Source: Camelus dromedarius
Lineage: Eukaryota
Reading direction: 5' to 3'
DNA length: 64,000 nt
Assembly: GCF_036321535.1 (NCBI RefSeq)
Contig: NC_087458.1
Location: 10,912,001-10,976,000 of the forward strand
Below, in pieces: positions 16,151 through 30,069 of this stretch (within the stretch, counting starts at the first letter, position 1; each line of letters starts with the position of its first letter). Below the pieces are notes generated by a model that did not search any database, was not told the origin of the DNA, and saw only the letters and a program-made list of their open reading frames with translations. The position numbers and the translations under genes were made by a program.

Positions 16151-16586
16151 TCGGATGAGGCAAGGCCGCAGGCCGCGAGGGGCTCGACCCCTCGGGAGGT
16201 AGCTCGGGGGCTCACCCCCACCGGACTGACTTCTAGCGGGATTCCATTTACCACCCTTCAGACTTGTAAAAACAGCAGCGCAAACCAGGACCTTCCTGGT
16301 GCCAAGACTGACCAAGAGGCCGATGTTTCCGAAGATCTCACTATCACCCCAGTCTGGGCTGAGACCCCTTCCCAGTGTGTCAGTGGCTCCCCCTGCGACC
16401 TAGTGCCACTTAGTATCAAAGTTGTTTCTTGCTCAGTGTACATCGTTGCAGAATGCTCTGGCGCATTTTTGTATCCCTCAGGCTTTGAAATTGTAACGGC
16501 TAGTTAATAAAACAAGGAAAAAATCAGTGTGAGGGAAGGGCAGCTTCTGCTTTAATGTAAAAATGGGTTTCCTCAGATATTAGCAC

Positions 16587-16672
16587 AAAATGGACGCTTC
16601 ATGAATTTGCAATATGTTTATCTTGTGGCTTCTACCATCCCCTTTGCATACTGTGCTCCTTAGAAGCAGATG
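16587..16672 (-). pseudogene. Degraded U6 snRNA-like fragment
   Basis: Minus strand gcaaattcatgaagcgtccatttt versus the U6 3' end GCAAATTCGTGAAGCGTTCCATATTTT; weaker 5' match gcttc...agcacagtat. Confidence 0.4.
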
Positions 16673-16830
16673 TTCACACCGAGGAAACTTGAATTACTTG
16701 CAGTTTCTGCCTCAAAACCTTATGGTCTTATGTGTTGGCGGGTGGGGGATGAAAACAATATAGTGTGATAACTATGATAGTCCAGAAATTGCACCTCATT
16801 CACAAGTGGAGGTTCATGAAAGGTTTTCCA

Positions 16831-16888
16831 GAAAGAAAGAAAGAAAAAGAAGGAAAGAAAGAAAGGGAAAGAAAAGAAAAAAAGAAAA
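16831..16888. repeat. GA-rich low-complexity tract
   Basis: Run of agaaagaaagaaagaaaaagaaggaaag... Confidence 0.8.
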
Positions 16889-17600
16889 ATAGTAGTTTTG
16901 AAATCCACTGGCAGGATGATGTTGAGCAATATACTCTCTGGGTTTCATCTGTATAGTGAAACCCATCTTACTTAAGGAGTTTTGTAATAATTACTGACAA
17001 TTATGGAAAAGTGCCAGCAGACAGCAGATATTTTAATAGTTTTAATTTTGAGGACAAAGTAGGAGCCAAGTAAAAGTCCTGATTTTTTTTAAGGGTCTCA
17101 CTGTGTTATGTAGTAGAAAAGACAGACTTATACAGAAAATTGAAATGTTCTCCTAGAGGATCCTCCCTCTTAGCTTCTGCTCCTCCATGGTGTCTATTTG
17201 TATAAAACTGACCTTCACCTTCTATCCCCCATCTCTATCTACCAACTGCTGAAAACTACCCTACATTCATTTGTAAGCTCCCTATTTTCAAGAACCTTCA
17301 TTTCTACTCCTTTTCACCCTGGCCACACCCTGGGCTTAATCGTCACCTAGAACTGCTATGTTCTTGAAAACGTAAATTCTAATTTGCTGGTTTCCACCAC
17401 AACATCCTGTCTTTCTATATTCTGAATAAATCCTGAGGCCCCTAGAGGCCCAGTCATGACACACAACATAATAGAAGAAACCCTGTCTAGTAATAAAAAA
17501 CTAATTTAAAATAATTTAAATCTCTACCTCAGTTACTCAAGGAAACATCAGAGGCATGGGGAAGGGGAAAGGGAGGGGGGAGGCACTAAAAGGAGCACTT

Positions 17601-17740
17601 AAAAATTATTATCATTGTGGGGGAGGGAGGTAATTAGGTTTATTTATTTATTTATTTAATGGAGGTACCGGGGATTGAACCCAGGACCTCATGCGTGCTA
17701 AGGAATGCATGTCCTCTACCACTTGAGCTATACCCTCTCC
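17601..17740 (-). mobile_element. tRNA-Ala-derived SINE, camelid type (vic-1-like)
   Basis: Minus strand: ggagagggtatagctcaagtggtagag...gaggtcctgggttcaatccccggtacctcca, then (TAAA)n and aaacctaattacctccc tail. 13-nt TSD aaaaggagcactt at 17588-17600 and 17741-17753. Confidence 0.88.
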
Positions 17741-18329
17741 AAAAGGAGCACTTTTAATGCACAGTCCAGGGTCTTTAAAATCCTCTTTCTTCCACTCCAC
17801 ATTTTCCACCTAGATGGTAGCTTCTCCCCAAAACTACCCTTTCTAACCCTACTCAGCTCCTTACAGTACTATCCTCCAGCTTCAAGTCTGTTCACTTGAC
17901 TTTGATTTTGCATAACAGAGAAGAGCCCAGGAGCTGACCTAGCAAGCAGAAATTCTTCTCCCACTATTATCCTACTCACCAGGAGGTCTTACAGCTTACT
18001 TCTAGAAGGGAGGCAGACACCTCCTCTGGGAACACGTCTATGATCCCATATTTTATGCCCCTTCACTCATGGTGCCCAGCACTCAGTTCTGGAATTTTTG
18101 TCTTACTGACTGTCTCAACCACCAGACTGTGTACTCTCTGAGGATAAAGACCTTGCCTTCCCTTTTTTCAACCCTGAATGTAACCCAGAATTTTTGGCAC
18201 AAACTCTACAAAAGAAACCATCATACATCTGACCTAGAAAGTTCCTTGGTATAATTATTTTCTAATGCTAATGCAGGAGTGGGAAGTGGACAGTGAAAGG
18301 AAGAGATTTGAGGGGAAGAGAATCAACAT

Positions 18330-18532
18330 GTATTGACACTTACTAGAAGCCAGACACAGGGCCAAGCATTTACATCATTATATTCTTAAATTCTGACAAC
18401 CTCTCCAAAAGCCAGGTAGTAGTATACCCATTTCATAGGTAAAGAAACTGAGGCTCCCAGAGATCAAGTAGTTTAAGATCACATCATTACATCTCAGCTA
18501 TTGCAAATCTTAGATTCAGTCTGACTCCAAAA
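18330..18532 (-). mobile_element. MIR SINE
   Basis: cccatttcataggtaaagaaactgaggctcccagag...gtctgactccaaaa. Confidence 0.65.
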
Positions 18533-20257
18533 ATCTGTGTCCTTTCCAGATACTGTGAGAACATGATTTGATTCTCATTTATAACTTCATGGCTTATTTA
18601 ACAAATAAATGGGATGAACAGTTCATTCTCATTGGGAAATTAGGTCAATTAATGTATTTCCTCTGACCCATTTTCAGGCCCCAATTCTCATATTTCCAGC
18701 TTCTCAATGCTTACTTATCACCTCTACATTATCAAGAGAATATGCTAATGTATCTCTACAAAGTTGGACATGTATATGTCAATGTGTGTCACTGTGTACT
18801 TATATATTACTGGGTTTGTAGGACCTGTTGCTCATTGCCCAAAGGCTGTGAGGGATGCCTTAAATCTACTTCCTTCCCTCCCTTTCCTTTCTAAAGCTAC
18901 TTAGGTACTCTGGGCCTGTTCCCATATAAGGTCTTGTCTGAGGAAATTGTACAGTATTGTTACTGCCCCTCCCCCCCAACCTCTTTTTGAGCATTTTTAG
19001 AACTGGTGGTTTCCCCCAGCTGTCAGCTGGTTCCTCTTGCTGCCAATGAGTTTGGCTTCCCCCCAGCAATAGTCAATGGAGAAGGTGTTCAATTTGTTCA
19101 GAAACATCCTTTTAGCCAACAAAATGTTAATACATTAAATTCCACTTTCTTCCCCCTTCCTCCCCCACACAACCTGACCAATGAGGTGCTGGTTTTGTCA
19201 CTTACTGTCAATCTGATATTTTAGAAAACAAAATACTTTAATACTATATAGAGATTAAAGAAGTGGGGCTAGAGATGGAGTAGAAGTGTAAACGAGTAGC
19301 TCATTCCACAGCTCCCCCAGAAATGCTGGCTCTCCCACCCCTACCACAAAAATAGTGGTTGGATAAATGCCCAGATTTCCTCTGCTCTGACCACAGAAGC
19401 AGAGAATCTAGGGGACAGAAAGAACTTAAAGAAATTGGCCCAACTCACAATTTTTGCTTCAGTCTCCTCCCCCACCTCAAACACACAGGCACATTTGCCG
19501 TCACATAAAATGGTGGTCTGTCTCTGCTCGAACTTCTCCAGGGACTTGGCTCTTGCTCTCTTGACAGTCACTGGCTTTTCTTTCTCCAGTTCTCTCTTGT
19601 TCCCTTAAGGACCAGATACTTGGACTGTCTTGGTGCCTTCTTCCTTCCTGTTATTCCTGTTTCTGCTTCTGCTTATACACCTCAGCTCAGGGCCATGAAG
19701 GCAGTAAGTAGACAGACTGGGGAGACAGAGCTCATCTTGGCTTTTCCAGGGATGTATGCACTCCCCACATCCATAGCAAGAACTTGTTGGACCCCTGACA
19801 TCAGGATATTAGGTAGTCTATAGCCTGGGTCTGGGAAGGGTTGTATGGGTCAGAACATTCCAGAAAGGGGTTAGGCCTCACTTGGGATTTAGGACCAGGA
19901 TGCCCATCACCTCTCTTTGAGGCGCTGTCTCTCTCTTGTCTCCTCTTTCACTGTGAACCACCACTCATCCACCCTAATCACACAGGTGGCCTCTAGGAAA
20001 ATCTTATTCATGGCAGTCAGAACCCTACTCAGTGAGTAAAGGGCTTTCCCTTAAGATATATGTGTAGAAGTGATTTACAAAGTGTGAATTACCCTGAACA
20101 CTAAAGAAACATAAGAAGGGCTATCATGATTACCTGTTCCTCAAGGCCCAGCCCAAGACTCAGTCTCCTTAACCCTCATAGTCCATTAAGCCCAGGGTTT
20201 GGTCTCTACACAGTTCAATTTACCCTCATCATACAGTTCTTTGTACTGTCCATTCTT

Positions 20258-20755
<498 letters not shown>

Positions 20756-22359
20756 TGTATTGTCCATTCTTTATCTTTGGGTACAAAACCTTCCCCCAGA
20801 TTGCAGTGAGCATCTTTAGTCATATATTGTTTGTGTTTGTAGCCTCACATCTACTCAGCACAGAGCTCTGCATACTGTACCATGAGCTCATAGTATTAAG
20901 GTCTGTAACTGTGTTACTGAGGGCCCAATTTTGTTAATTAGATGAAACAGCTGAAGATCACTCTGGCCTTGTGCCACTCTCCTGTTTCTTCCTCCTCTAG
21001 CCTGGCTGGTAGGAAGACAGGAGGAAGGGCCAGGGCCCCAGCACAGCAGTGGGGGCCATGCAGACTGAAGAGAAGAGGCTAAGCAGAGTAGGGGGTGGCC
21101 CCGTTCCCAGTGCTGCCAAGAGAGTAAGTGCCATGCTGGGTGGTATAAAGTCACAGAACTGTGTAGGACACTGCCTGGTATAGAACTTCATCAGCAAAGC
21201 CCAGCCCCAGTGAGCATAGTGCACACAATCACTACATTCTCCATGGCCTGTCTTAACCTCCTAGCCCCAGCACCAGAGCCCAAGCAATGTTTAGCAGCCC
21301 AGCTAAGAGCTACGACAGCAGAGTGGAGCACTTCTAGTTCTCCCATGTCCCCTCTTCCATTCCCACTTCAAAGTCTTCTTTACCTATAGATCCTCCCTCA
21401 CCTTCACATTTAGCCCCTCCCAATTCCTAGCAGTCCTGCTACTGCCACTCAGGACTACAGATTCTTGCAGGAACCACCTGCCACCCTTGTCCAACACTGT
21501 TCCCTCCATGACACACACAGGACTGCCCAAGTTCTTTCTTAAGGAAATTCACCTGCTCAGAAGGAAAAGTAGAGCTGTTTCTAGCACTTTCTGCCCTTCA
21601 GGTGTTTTGCCACCACTGCACAGCTGGCTCCCCCTCATCTCAATTCCTTCTCCATGCCTTTTTTTTTCCCCCCTACTCCTCTTATTAAATTCCATTCTAA
21701 CCTTGCATCTTCAAAGAAGTCTGCTGGGTTTACACTGTTTGATTCTGGGGACCCTGAGCCAGACACTCAGTAGTTAGGAGGGTAACCTCTCACTCGGATA
21801 CAGCCTCCACTATTTTGAAAATACTGTAACACTTGTTGAGAACAACCCTGTGGGAACAGGACCTATTTTTAGCCCCCTTGCACATATGGACAACCTAAGA
21901 CTCAGCATCCGTGACTTACCCAACACTACCAGCTAATAAGATGCTGAACCCCAACTCAGATTCAGACTCATTGGCTCCCCCTCCAGTGCTCTTTTTGTGA
22001 CAGCTCCCTACCACCAAATCCCCTCAACTAGAACTTTCATTACTAAGCACTTGTTTGTATTAAAGTCGTTGTTGTTGTTATCTTTGCACCTTCATGTTCT
22101 TATAAATTGTGCTTGTAGCCAAGTGTTTACTACACCTCCATCTCCGTGTGGTTGGGAGCCTCCAGAGATCAGGGACAGAATCGTCCTTTCTCTGACAGTC
22201 CCTCGGAATCCAGGCTAGGGTTCTCCCAACCAAAGGAACTGAGCCTGGGGGTAAGGGCAGGCACCAGTGACACAGGTCTCTGCCACCTCCAAATGCACTG
22301 CAGACGCCATGGACGGTGGAGGTGGACAGTAGGGTGGTGATAATAACTGACAGCAGCTG

Positions 22360-22515
22360 CCATTTGTTGAGCACTTGCCAAGTGCGAGGCATTATGCTAG
22401 TTCTTTATTTACATTATTTAATCCTTACAAGGGAGGTATTATTATTGTCAAATGAGGAAACTAATGTTCAGAGATGTGGAGTCAGGGTGCAACCCACATT
22501 TGTCTGACTCCAAAA
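22360..22515 (-). mobile_element. MIR SINE downstream of the ADAMTS4 stop
   Basis: tttaatccttacaa...aaatgaggaaactaatgttcagaga...gtctgactccaaaa. Confidence 0.6.
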
Positions 22516-22635
22516 GGAGCATATAAATAGTAGAATTCAATTTATATTTTAAAAATATGATAATCCCTTACTCCCTGAAAATATTCCTTTCCCAGAAAAT
22601 AAAATTCAGAGAGAGGAAAGCTGGGCAGGATGAAC

Positions 22636-22655
22636 CTCACGCACACACGCACACA

Positions 22656-22699
<44 letters not shown>

Positions 22700-22724
22700 T
22701 TTTCTCACACACATACACACACAC
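22636..22724. repeat. Imperfect (CA)n microsatellite
   Basis: Direct reading of the sequence. Confidence 0.9.
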
Positions 22725-23150
22725 AGATCACTTGCACCTATCAGTACCACCCTGGATTTCCTAGCTGGGGTGAGGGCCATGAGGGCAGGCAGTCAGTTTC
22801 CCCAGGACCCTAGCCCTCATCCCCTTCCCTGGTGCTAAATAAAAGTGAATAAATACTAAATAAATACAATTGGGGCCCACCCTGCCTTCCCCCTCCCTCC
22901 TGTGACCAGCAGGGCAGAGGGGGCAGTTTAGATAGGGGACTGTCTCCCAGCCCCTTCCACCTATCACTGCCGTCCAGGGCAGGAAACCAGGGCAGGGCCA
23001 GCCTGCGCGTCAGGGCAGAGAAGGGGGCGGGGCTCACCCTCACAGCCCCTCCCCCACTGTGTCTCCGCATGAGGCAGCTGCAGAGCCTCCTCTTTTTCCC
23101 AGCTAAGTTCGAGGCCCCGGTGCCCAGGAAGGGCAGCCGGGATGGTGAGG

Positions 23151-26100
23151 TTATTTCCTGCCCGCCCAGGAACGCCGCCGGAGGATCTCCAGAATTTGCG
23201 CTTTGCGGTGCAGCCAGTCCTGGGGCGTGGGCCGTGGCGTCGAAGGGGCTGGCCTGGGCACGAAGAAGCTGTACCGGAGGCGTGCGTTCTGGGGGTTGCC
23301 AGCCACCAGGACCTGCAGCGTTAAGGGCTGGGCCAGGGGCCCGTGGCCTGACAGTGTCTCCGAGTCTGCAGTGGCCCCGCTGTAGCGCAAGCTGACGGCC
23401 CCCGGCAGTACCACGTCTGTGGCGGAGGGTATCAGTGTATATTCACCATTGAGGGCATAGGAGCCATCTGGGAGCTTCAGGGCCATGTAGAGGCTCCGGA
23501 GACCAGGGGTTCCCTGCTGCCGGACCAGGATGTGGGTGGCTCCTGCTGGGATAGTGACCACATCGTTGTATCCGTACCTGTGTAGAAGGAGTAGAGGGGA
23601 ACTCAGCATCTTCCTGAATCCTCTCAGCCTTTCTGAGCTGTTTGTATGATTATATGTGTGTATATGTGTGTGTAGATATAAGCTGTCCAGCCTAGATCTG
23701 AGCTACTTGCAAACGTGCCCTTCTCCCTCTTATCTCTGGGCCTTTAGACCTGCTGCCCCTTGGTGCCGGTCCAATTCGTACTCTTCCTCCAGGAGGGAAG
23801 TCACTTCCTGCAGAAGCCTTCCCTGATGCCCACAAGGGCCCTCACAGCAGCCCAGGCTGACACCTTTGAACAGGTGGGACACTGTGCTACAACTGCTTAC
23901 TTATCTGTCTCCCACACTAGACTGTAGCTAAGCTCTTTGAGAGGCTAAACAGTGCTGAGTTCACCTCTGTAACCCAGGGCCCAGAATAATGTCCAGGAAG
24001 ATGAGAGGAGGAAACAGTGGATGAACCTGAATTTTCTGAAGGAGCCAGACTGCTTGCTGCAGCTAGAACCATCCCCACCGCACACCATACATCTGTCAAA
24101 CTTCTTTTTGGAGCCAATAATGTGGTCACAGCCGGCATGGATGCAGCGGCCCTGGACACAGACCGAGGAGCTGTCTGGGGAACAGGGGGTCCCATCTACG
24201 ACCTGAGGAAGAGAGAAGGAGTAATGCAAAGGGTCTTCTTGAGTCAAAAGGGGTTGGTAAGCCAAACAAGACCATTATCTCATCAGACAGGGGAAGTGGA
24301 TGGACTGTGGAGGGAACCCTAGCCACTGTAAGGGATGATAATCATAATGATAATAGTAAAAGCCACCATTTTCAGAGCACTCAGTATGAATTAGGCACTG
24401 TGCTAAATGCTATCTAAACCTCAAAACCACTATTTGAGGTTTGTAGAGATGGAACCCTGAGGTTTAGAAAGATTAGGAGCTTGCCCAAAGGTACACAGCT
24501 GGCAAGTGGAGAAGCCAACACGCCAATTGCAGGTCTGAGTCCCAACACCAAGCCCTAAACTTTGGTGGTACCATCCTGGCTGGACGCTAGAGGGCAGCCA
24601 ACCTATAGGCATTCTTCCCAGGATGGGGGTGAAGGCTGCAAAACTGCTAGGCTTGTTCCTTCTTCAGCCTCAACCTACGGCCCTATCACAGAGAGGGAGT
24701 GCAGGGACATCACTGTCTCCAAGAGGCCTGTTCAGTGAGGGACTGGCCAACCATAAGCTCATTGAGGCTACCACTGTAATTTGACAGAGGAGCCCATGGA
24801 AAGAGGGTCAAAGACTTGCCCAAAAGGCCACACAATTCCATTCTCATGAATGGAGCACTGGAAGATGGGGAGACAGAGAAAAAGAAACCAAGGGAAATGG
24901 GACAGCTAGAGCTGCCAAACTGGCAACTTATCTGGAGTCTAGGGCTTGTTTTCCAAATACCCATGGACAAAGAAGTCTGAGTGGGCCCCTAGGCTGGCTG
25001 GGCGTGGCTGTGGGAATGCCAGCAATGCTGCTGTTTTGGATCTTTACAATCAAAAAGTAGAGGGCTTGTTGGGCAGTGTGTGAGCACAGACAGGATCTGG
25101 GGGCCCTTACCCGTGGCTCTAGCACATAGTAGTAGCCCAGTGCCTGGGCCTGGCAGGTGAGTTTGCACTGGTCCCGGGGGGCCACACCCGTGTAGCGAGG
25201 GACCCAGTCCATGGGCCCTGGGAAGTTCTTGAAGAGGTCAGTGCGGTGGTTGTAGGCAGCACACTGCTCTTCACGGAAGGTCAATGCTGTAGGGTTAAAA
25301 TGGACAGTCAGAGCCCCTCTCTCTTTCCACTGCCCTCTCCAGCCCCTCCATCTAGCCTCTCAGACCCCTGGACAGCATGGCACCTCTCTTCCCCACAGAC
25401 TGCCAGGAAAGGTTCCTGAAGGGTAAAGTCACTACCCTCAACAGCAGGGACAGTCAACACCTCCTTGGTCCTTGAACTCAAGGGACAATTCTTTGTTCTA
25501 CCAATCCCTCCCAAGGGCTCTCATCCCTCCCTCTCCTCACCTGAGCCAGTTGGGCAGTCCTGGGTATTGCAGGAACGGAAGCGGGTACGGCGGCCCTCAC
25601 AGTACTTGCCACCATTCCGGGGGATGGGCCGCGTGCAGTCCCGGGAAGAGAACTGGACACCACCCCCACAGGTCCGAGAGCAGTCACCCCACGATCCCCA
25701 GGGACCCCAGCCACCAGCCTGTGGGATCTACAGAAAGACAGAATGGAAGAGTGGGATAAATACTCTCTCGGCTTGGGGCCAGTCCCCACTCCCTGAGGCC
25801 CTCTGCCCCACTCTTGCCCTGGGGTCTCACATTGAAGTCCTGGAGCTGGTCCATGTGGAGGCAGCGGCCACCCATACAGGCCTGTGAAGGCCCACAGGGG
25901 GTACCATCAGCCCAGGGTGAATGCTTGGTCTGGCACATGGCATGGCCATTGAGATGGCCAGAGCACCAGAGGGCAACACAGGGCGGCAGCAGCTGCGGAC
26001 AATGGCGTGAGTCAGGCCCGAAGGTCAGCTGGCACTGGCGGTCAGCATCATAGTCCTTGCCAGGGAAAGTCACAGGCAGATGCAGGGGAGCCTCTGGCTT

Positions 26101-29100
26101 GTCTAAGAGACAGTGCCCTGGGAAGAAGCAAGGGGTATAAAGTCAGCAATTGGCTGAAGGGGTGCCAGCTGATTGCCAGCTGAAACCTTGGGCTCCCTGG
26201 GGCTTGATGAATCCTAAAATCCCAGTCCTAGAGCTGGAAGAAGCTTTAAATAGCAGCTACAGTTTAGTGGATGCTTATTATGTGATTGTGTTGGCTAAAT
26301 GCTTGACCAACAGCATCTCATTTAATCATGGCCAACATCTATGAGGTAATTATGGTTGTTATTATTATTACACCTGTTTTACAGATCAGCTACACAGAGG
26401 TAAAGTCACTTACTCACAGCCACACATCTACACACATCTAAAGAACAGGATCAGGATAAGAACTCAAAGCATTGAGTCTTCCTACATATTCTAACTAACA
26501 ACAGAATTCTTGAGTCTGCTTCTCACCAACATCCCTGCTCAGTAGTAGTCATCCTGCCAGGCTTGCACACCTTGAGTGACAAGGCAGTCACCGCCTTTAC
26601 AGCTAGCCCATTCTACTGTTGGACAGTTCTGGCTCTCAGAAGGTCAGTTCTAAATCTATTGAGCCAAAACTTGCTTCCCTTAGCAGTCCTATTGGTTCAG
26701 AGAGCGAGTGGGGACCACACAAAGACAGCAGCATTTCTCACCCCATCCCACACTGCAGAGGAAGCACATTTGAGGGAGTCAATTTTGAGGGAGTCCATGT
26801 GGAATGTGGCAGAGGAGAGGGTACAGAGAGGGCCAGGAACTGAGTCCTGCACAGGGAAAGGGGAGTGCTGTCTGCTTACCGTAGCCATTGTCCAGGAAGT
26901 CGGTGATGAAGCGAGCACTGCAGGGGGACCAGGGCTCCTCGGGATCCACGTGAGCCATCACAGGAGCCATGACATGGCGAGAGGTGCTCCCAGGTCCATT
27001 CAGACCCACACATTGCTTTGAGTTGTCATGGAGCATGCTGAAGACATGGCCTGTGAAACCAGAGACCCTGTTAGAGTCCAAGGGTCTCATCCCTGTGCCC
27101 TCAGGGGGCTGCAGGCCCATCATAAACCTGATTGCAGCTTTGGATGATCAGATCCATTCCCCATCCCACCCTGCCCGAAATCCTCTTCTGATCCTCTGAG
27201 GGCTTCTCAATATCTAGCCCTCATTACTCTGTCTCCCCTTCTCCCATCATACCCTCAGCACCTCTCCCTACCCACTTTTTCTTATAGCCAGCATCCCAGC
27301 CCTGACACCACCCACTCCATCACTGACTCTTGTGAATAATCTCTTTCTCAATTCTGCACCACTCCTCCCACAAACACACACACAGAGTTCACAGTAGCTT
27401 TCTACACACCATCTCATTTAATAGAAAAATCTAAATGTTTGTCTATACCCAGAGTGAAGAAGGATAATGGCCCCAGACCTAGGGCTGGGGAGGAGGAAGA
27501 AACATTTTGTGACTCCCATTTGCACCCTGGTGAGCTCACTGTCTCCTCACCTCACCCTGTGATACCTCTCTCACCCATTACAGGTGGCCCATGACCACAC
27601 CCCTAACGTACCCAGTTCATGAGCAGCAGTGAAGGCTGATTGGAGCCCATCATCCTCCACAATAGCACAGCTCCGAGCCGGGTCACACACAGTGCCCACA
27701 TCAGCCATGCCCAGAGTGTCACAAGTAGAGACCCCACACAGGTCCTGTGGAGAGGGATCATGGAAGATGCATGAGGAACCAAGACACCAGGGTCCACTGG
27801 GCTGAGATCCAGATTACTGGGGACCTGGGCACTGAGTACCCAGCATCGTCAGGGCCCAGAAAGCATTGATAGAGTGTCTGGAGCCAGGTACCATGCTGAA
27901 CAACTCCAGAGGCACCACTTACATCACAGTTGATGCAGTGGTGCTTCTTGGAGTCATGCAGTGCATGGCCTGTGGTGCTGATTAGGGCCTCACCTGACGG
28001 GTAAACAGAATGGCTGTATCGAAGTGGTCAGGGTCCGAGTCCTCGGGGGTGTTGAGTCCTCGCTGCCAGGCACAGAAGCTGCGCAGGGTCTGGGCAGCAC
28101 TGGGCCCTACTTGGGGCCCTTCCTCACCCGGCCCCAGAATCACTAGCCGAGTCACCACCAAGCTGACGGGGTTGCGGATGCTGGGGTGCTTAAAGGCCTT
28201 GGCCGCTGCTGCCATCACTGTCAGCAGGTAGCGCTTTAGACCTGCACCATGAAATGCCGCCATCTTGTCATCTGCTACCACCAGAGTCTCCACATATCTG
28301 CTCAGTGAAGCAAAGCGCTGGAGAGGAAAAAATAGGGGAAGACACTGAAATATCCCAGACCCATGGATCACTTTTCCCCTCCCTTACTTCCTGGGTCTGG
28401 AACTCAGCAGAGACAGCTGGTCCACATATATCCATCCCACGGGATTCCTGATGGGTCTTGGTTGGGCCTTCCCCTCAACCCCAAATCCCAGGGCTTTTGT
28501 GGTAACTCTGAGAAATCATCTGTTGATTCTAAGAAGGGGAGGAGATGGGGATGCCACGTCCCAGAGCTATGTGGGCCCCCCTGGTGAAAAGCGGCTGGGA
28601 CTGCATCTGGGAGGGACTGTGGGGTCCCCCAGGCCTGAGTGTGGCTGGGGCCTGCAGGACTGGGGCTAGAAGGCTGGGCTGCAACGTGTCTGCCCTGTGT
28701 GGTGGGAGGAACAATTCAGTCAGCAGCTAGGGCCAGGGCCAGATCTCAGCGNNNNNNNNNNNNNNNNNNNNNNNNNNNNNNNNNNNNNNNNNNNNNNNNN
28801 NNNNNNNNNNNNNNNNNNNNNNNNNNNNNNNNNNNNNNNNNNNNNNNNNNNNNNNNNNNNNNNNNNNNNNNNNNNNNNNNNNNNCACAGTGTGGGAAGGG
28901 GACTGATCAGGAGGGGGTTCAGGATGCCTTTCTTCCCCTGTCCACTCCTGCCCTAGTCTGCAGTGTGCCAGGACAATTTTGAAGGCAGCATCCGAATCCA
29001 GAGGCCAATTCCCTGGGCCTCAAACCTCACTCCTCTAACTAGTGATGGGAGTGAAAATCAAATTTGGGGCACAGAAAACAGTCAAGGCCGAAGGGCTGTT

Positions 29101-30069
29101 AGGAGGGCTTCATTGTTGGGGACTGTGTCAGTAGGATGCCATGGCCAGCAGGGGTGGGGAGGGGATAGGGAGTGGAGTGGTCATTCCCAGCACAGAGTCT
29201 CTGACCCACCTCTGGGAAGCCCCCTGGGACCAGCAGTCTGGCTAGGAGAAGGGTTGGGGCAGGGAGAAGCCAGAACCTTCCAGGAAAGGAGCTAGTGGAA
29301 AGAGAAAAAAGCAGGCAGAAGGGAGGGAAGAAGCAGAATAGCCAGAAGTAAAGTGGGTGGAGAGAAGGTGAATAGAGGTCAGTAGGACAGACATGGCAGG
29401 AGGACACTGCAGGACACAGATTCCAGGGCTGCCTACCTTGGCTCTTCGGGGGCTGGGGCTGGGATTCCCGGGAGGAGCCTTGACGTTGCACATGGGGCCC
29501 TGGTCGCTGGCAGGACTCTTCCGGCGTAGAATGTGAGCCCCAGGCCCCCCGGCAGAGTTAGGGGTGCCTCCCTCCAGGGGCTGGATGTGGAGTTCGGTAC
29601 CTCGATACTGCAGCACCCCTAACAGAGCTCCCCCATCCCAGTGCAGAGATGCCACCGACTCCGGATCTCCGTTGATGGTTCCAGTGAGGTAGGTGCCGGG
29701 CTCTGCCCCGCCCAGCAGCTCAGACGCCTGGCCCAGGTACTGTACCGTCAGCCCCTCAACCTGCACGCCTGGGTCCTGCTCCAGCTCTAGTAGCAGCGTC
29801 TCCCCAAAGGCTGGCAAGCGGTACAAAAGCCTGGCAGGGGCGCCCAGGCCAGGCAGGACGCTGCCGTTGAGTTTCTCTGGAAACACGATCTCCTCCTCCC
29901 GGGGGAGGGGGCTGGCCGGCCGGGCTGAGGGCAGGAGGGAGGCCAGCAGCAGCAGAAGCAGCAGCACCAGCTCTGAGAAGGGCACAGTGGGGAGCAGCAG
30001 GCGGGGTTGGATTCCCCACAGCCAGCACCCCGCCAAGCCCCTCCCGGGATGCGAGTCCGTCCGGGACAT
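23151..30069 (-). CDS. ADAMTS4: ADAMTS4 (aggrecanase-1)
   Basis: Exons 29437-30069, 27994-28317, 27612-27744, 26880-27050, 25831-26117, 25541-25727, 25111-25286, 24027-24202, 23151-23577; 2514 nt = 837 aa. Furin site RRAKR/FAS, zinc motif [15 protein letters not shown]1 repeat WGPWG..CSRTC, spacer ending RRRSWAGRK*. Confidence 0.97.
24350..24570 (-). mobile_element. MIR SINE in ADAMTS4 intron
   Basis: taggcactgtgctaaatgct...tgtagagatggaaccctgaggtttagaaag...ttgcccaaaggtacacagctggcaagtgg. Confidence 0.65.

Noticed and set aside
26421-26440. Small direct repeats (cacacatcta x2; catagtcagtgga x2 near 58774-58803)
   Set aside because: Only two units, inside old repeats; slippage duplications, not CRISPR or functional arrays.
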